Part shown: one piece after another, positions 61,901-64,000 of the stretch
Position numbering within the stretch: the first letter of the stretch is position 1
How the letters are laid out: each line of letters starts with the position of its first letter
Source: Antedon mediterranea
Lineage: Eukaryota > Animalia > Echinodermata
DNA length: 64,000 nt
Assembly (NCBI RefSeq): GCF_964355755.1
Contig: NC_092671.1
Coordinates: 7,192,001-7,256,000 of the forward strand
Direction of reading: 5' to 3'
Notes under the pieces: model-generated
Told to the model about the DNA's origin: nothing
Database searches by the model: none
Seen by the model: the letters and a program-made list of their open reading frames with translations, nothing else
Made by a program: the position numbers and the translations under genes

Positions 61901-63366
61901 GTTTATTGCTAGAAAAAAGATCACTAAAAACTAAGTACAGTACATTGTACTTGGGAAACTAAGGGATTAAATAAGTTTCTAAATACCTATCATACTCTAC
62001 TATAAACCTAAAAAATGGTAGGGATAAATATCATTATTTATAGTATTATTAAATATCAAATATGGAATAATATTTACATGTATTTAGTTATCATAAAAAC
62101 CTTGTATTTAGAATATGATAAATAATGATGGTACTACAGTATTACTAAACTTAAAATATAATCATTAAACAAAAATTACGACAAGATTTCTTACCTTTAA
62201 ATAAAAATAATAAATTTAACAACAATTTAAATAACCGCAGATCAATTATGATACAACAGCCACAAACTATAAACAAATTATCCTGTGTGTTGAAAGTAGC
62301 AATTCTGGGCATCAGTTTGAAGACTTACCGCAGCAGATAAGCAAGTACTGAAAGCACTATAAAATATCTACCAAACTCTGTCAAGGTGATTCATAAAGGG
62401 CGAACAACTTCCCTTTTGTTTCCTGCCTCAATTTAATTTGCAGGAAAACAAAATTGCATTGTTTTACAGACTCATTTACAACAATTATCTTTATTGTATT
62501 AATGACCTCTCCCCAATAAAAGAATGAAATCAACTTTAAACTTTGGTAGAGTTTCGATATGATTTACAGATTCTATTATCTGACCTTTGTAGATGGTTGG
62601 TGACCTTTGGAGATAGCAGACAGTATTAAAAGTAGAACAAATTATTGGATAATGTAATGTGTCAGTTCTCAATCTTCAGTGCAGTTAAAATTTATAGTTG
62701 GGCTGCATATACAAAAAAAGCGTCTCATCTTTAAAAAATAATCAGGCAGAGGGGGGCGAAAATTCAGTAGGGGGAGTGACGCTAAACAAGTTTCTTTTAT
62801 ATATTCAGTACAGTTTCAAATCACACATTACACATACAGTAAATTAAAAAGGCCACCTTCATATTTAGTGAAGTATTTTCCCATAAAAAGTGCTTAAGAC
62901 TCATAATCAAAGAATAATAAAAACTCTTCAAACTTTTTCATTTCATTTCACAGACATCTACTGTAGGAAGATCCAGGAAGTATATAATACAGTACAATCT
63001 ATCTACAGTCTATCATGTGGTTTCCTGAACTCATCAATAAAAAAAAATGAAATTTAAGAACTTTCCTCATCAAAATTTATTTAACACCAAAAAATGATAT
63101 AAGAATAAGACATCCTTAATAAAGTACTAACAACACAATGCAGACTTTACACTTCGTACAGATAAATATCAGTTTAGTCTACAGACAAGATAATATTACC
63201 AGGATACACACTATTCAACATTATCAGGCAGACAGACACTTCTTATGTTTGTCTTCACTAATTACCTATCAAGAGTAAGGTCAATGGCATGCCATGAAAG
63301 ACACAAATTACAAATTTATTACTTTTTAAAAGTTCAATAAGGACATGTGAATGTGATATGGTATAA

Positions 63367-63667
63367 TAAATTACATGGTATTACATGTAAATTACATGGT
63401 ATTACATGTAAATTACATGGTATTACATGTAAATTACATGGTATTACATGTAAATTACATGGTATTACATGTAAATTACATGGTATTACATGTAAATTAC
63501 ATGGTATTACATGTAAATTACATGGTATTACATGTAAATTACATGGTATTACATGTAAATTACATGGTATTACATGTAAATTACATGGTATTACATGTAA
63601 ATTACATGGTATTACATGTAAATTACATGGTATTACATGTAAATTACATGGTATTACATGTAAATTA
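63367..63667. repeat. Perfect 21-bp minisatellite (TAAATTACATGGTATTACATG) x14
   Basis: Directly visible; each unit is an 11+10 bp subrepeat of ATTACATG. Accounts for the three repetitive ORFs here. Confidence 0.97.
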
Positions 63668-63826
63668 AGATTAGATGTGGTTAGCCAATAATGTTCTTTG
63701 CTAGGCCTACCATCTGATGTCAAATGAGCACATGATAACTGTATTGTTGTATGTTGGTTAATTGATCATCTGCTCTGTACAGGGTAAGAAGAAAGTAAAT
63801 AAAACTATTTAAAATACACTAGTACC

Positions 63827-64000
63827 TAGGCTCGCGCTAACCGCTCGCCAATTCGCCAATGGCGACTGGAGTCTCCATTTGGCGAAAATAATTATTGCCT
63901 CGTTCGCCAAATTGGCGAAAATACATTTCCAAGCCTAGGCCTAGCCTGGTCGGCGTGACTTCTTAATGGGAGCGAGAATTCGCCACACTTCGGTACTTTC
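63827..64000. mobile_element. Possible left end of a hAT-like DNA element
   Basis: Starts TAGGGCTCGCGCTAACCG with repeated TTCGCCAA/TTGGCGAA subterminal motifs; the other end is outside the window. Confidence 0.35.

Noticed and set aside
63334-63723. Three overlapping repetitive ORFs (LHGITCK / NLHVIPC / MVLHVNY)
   Set aside because: Products of a stop-free 21-bp minisatellite. Not a CRISPR array either, as there are no spacers.
1-64000. Prokaryotic systems (operons, CRISPR, defence islands), rRNA or intact tRNA genes
   Set aside because: All genes are spliceosomal-intron eukaryotic genes; no repeat-spacer arrays or intact structural RNA genes were recognised.

Overview
AT-rich, intron-rich animal DNA, most likely from an echinoderm (echinoderm-type i-lysozyme; Deu/Nin-domain SINE). 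The ORF track misses most exons, so I reconstructed them by hand from GT-AG junctions and reading-frame phase. Eleven protein-coding genes were found, in this order: a 5'-incomplete TIL/antistasin multidomain protease inhibitor (+), metaxin-2 (+), a Rieske [2Fe-2S]-DUF455 ferritin-like di-iron fusion protein (+), GPATCH4 (-), LYSMD1/2-like (-), GTF2A2 (+), SNAPC5 (-), i-type lysozyme (-), LSM7 (-), SPPL2A/B (+) and CDC42SE (-). Introns and intergenic DNA hold a 5'-truncated LINE, a DeuSINE, Helitron/Helentron derivatives, many MITEs and minisatellites. Best leads: (1) the Rieske-di-iron fusion enzyme, which has a complete predicted ligand set and a CAG/TAG tandem acceptor that could truncate it; (2) 21-43 bp palindromes with 7-bp target duplications that resemble P-element excision footprints; (3) TAGGCCTA/CTAG-rich tracts at the 5' end of first introns; (4) the LSM7-SPPL2 head-to-head pair shared with human. 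No database searches were run; family assignments come from recognised motifs.
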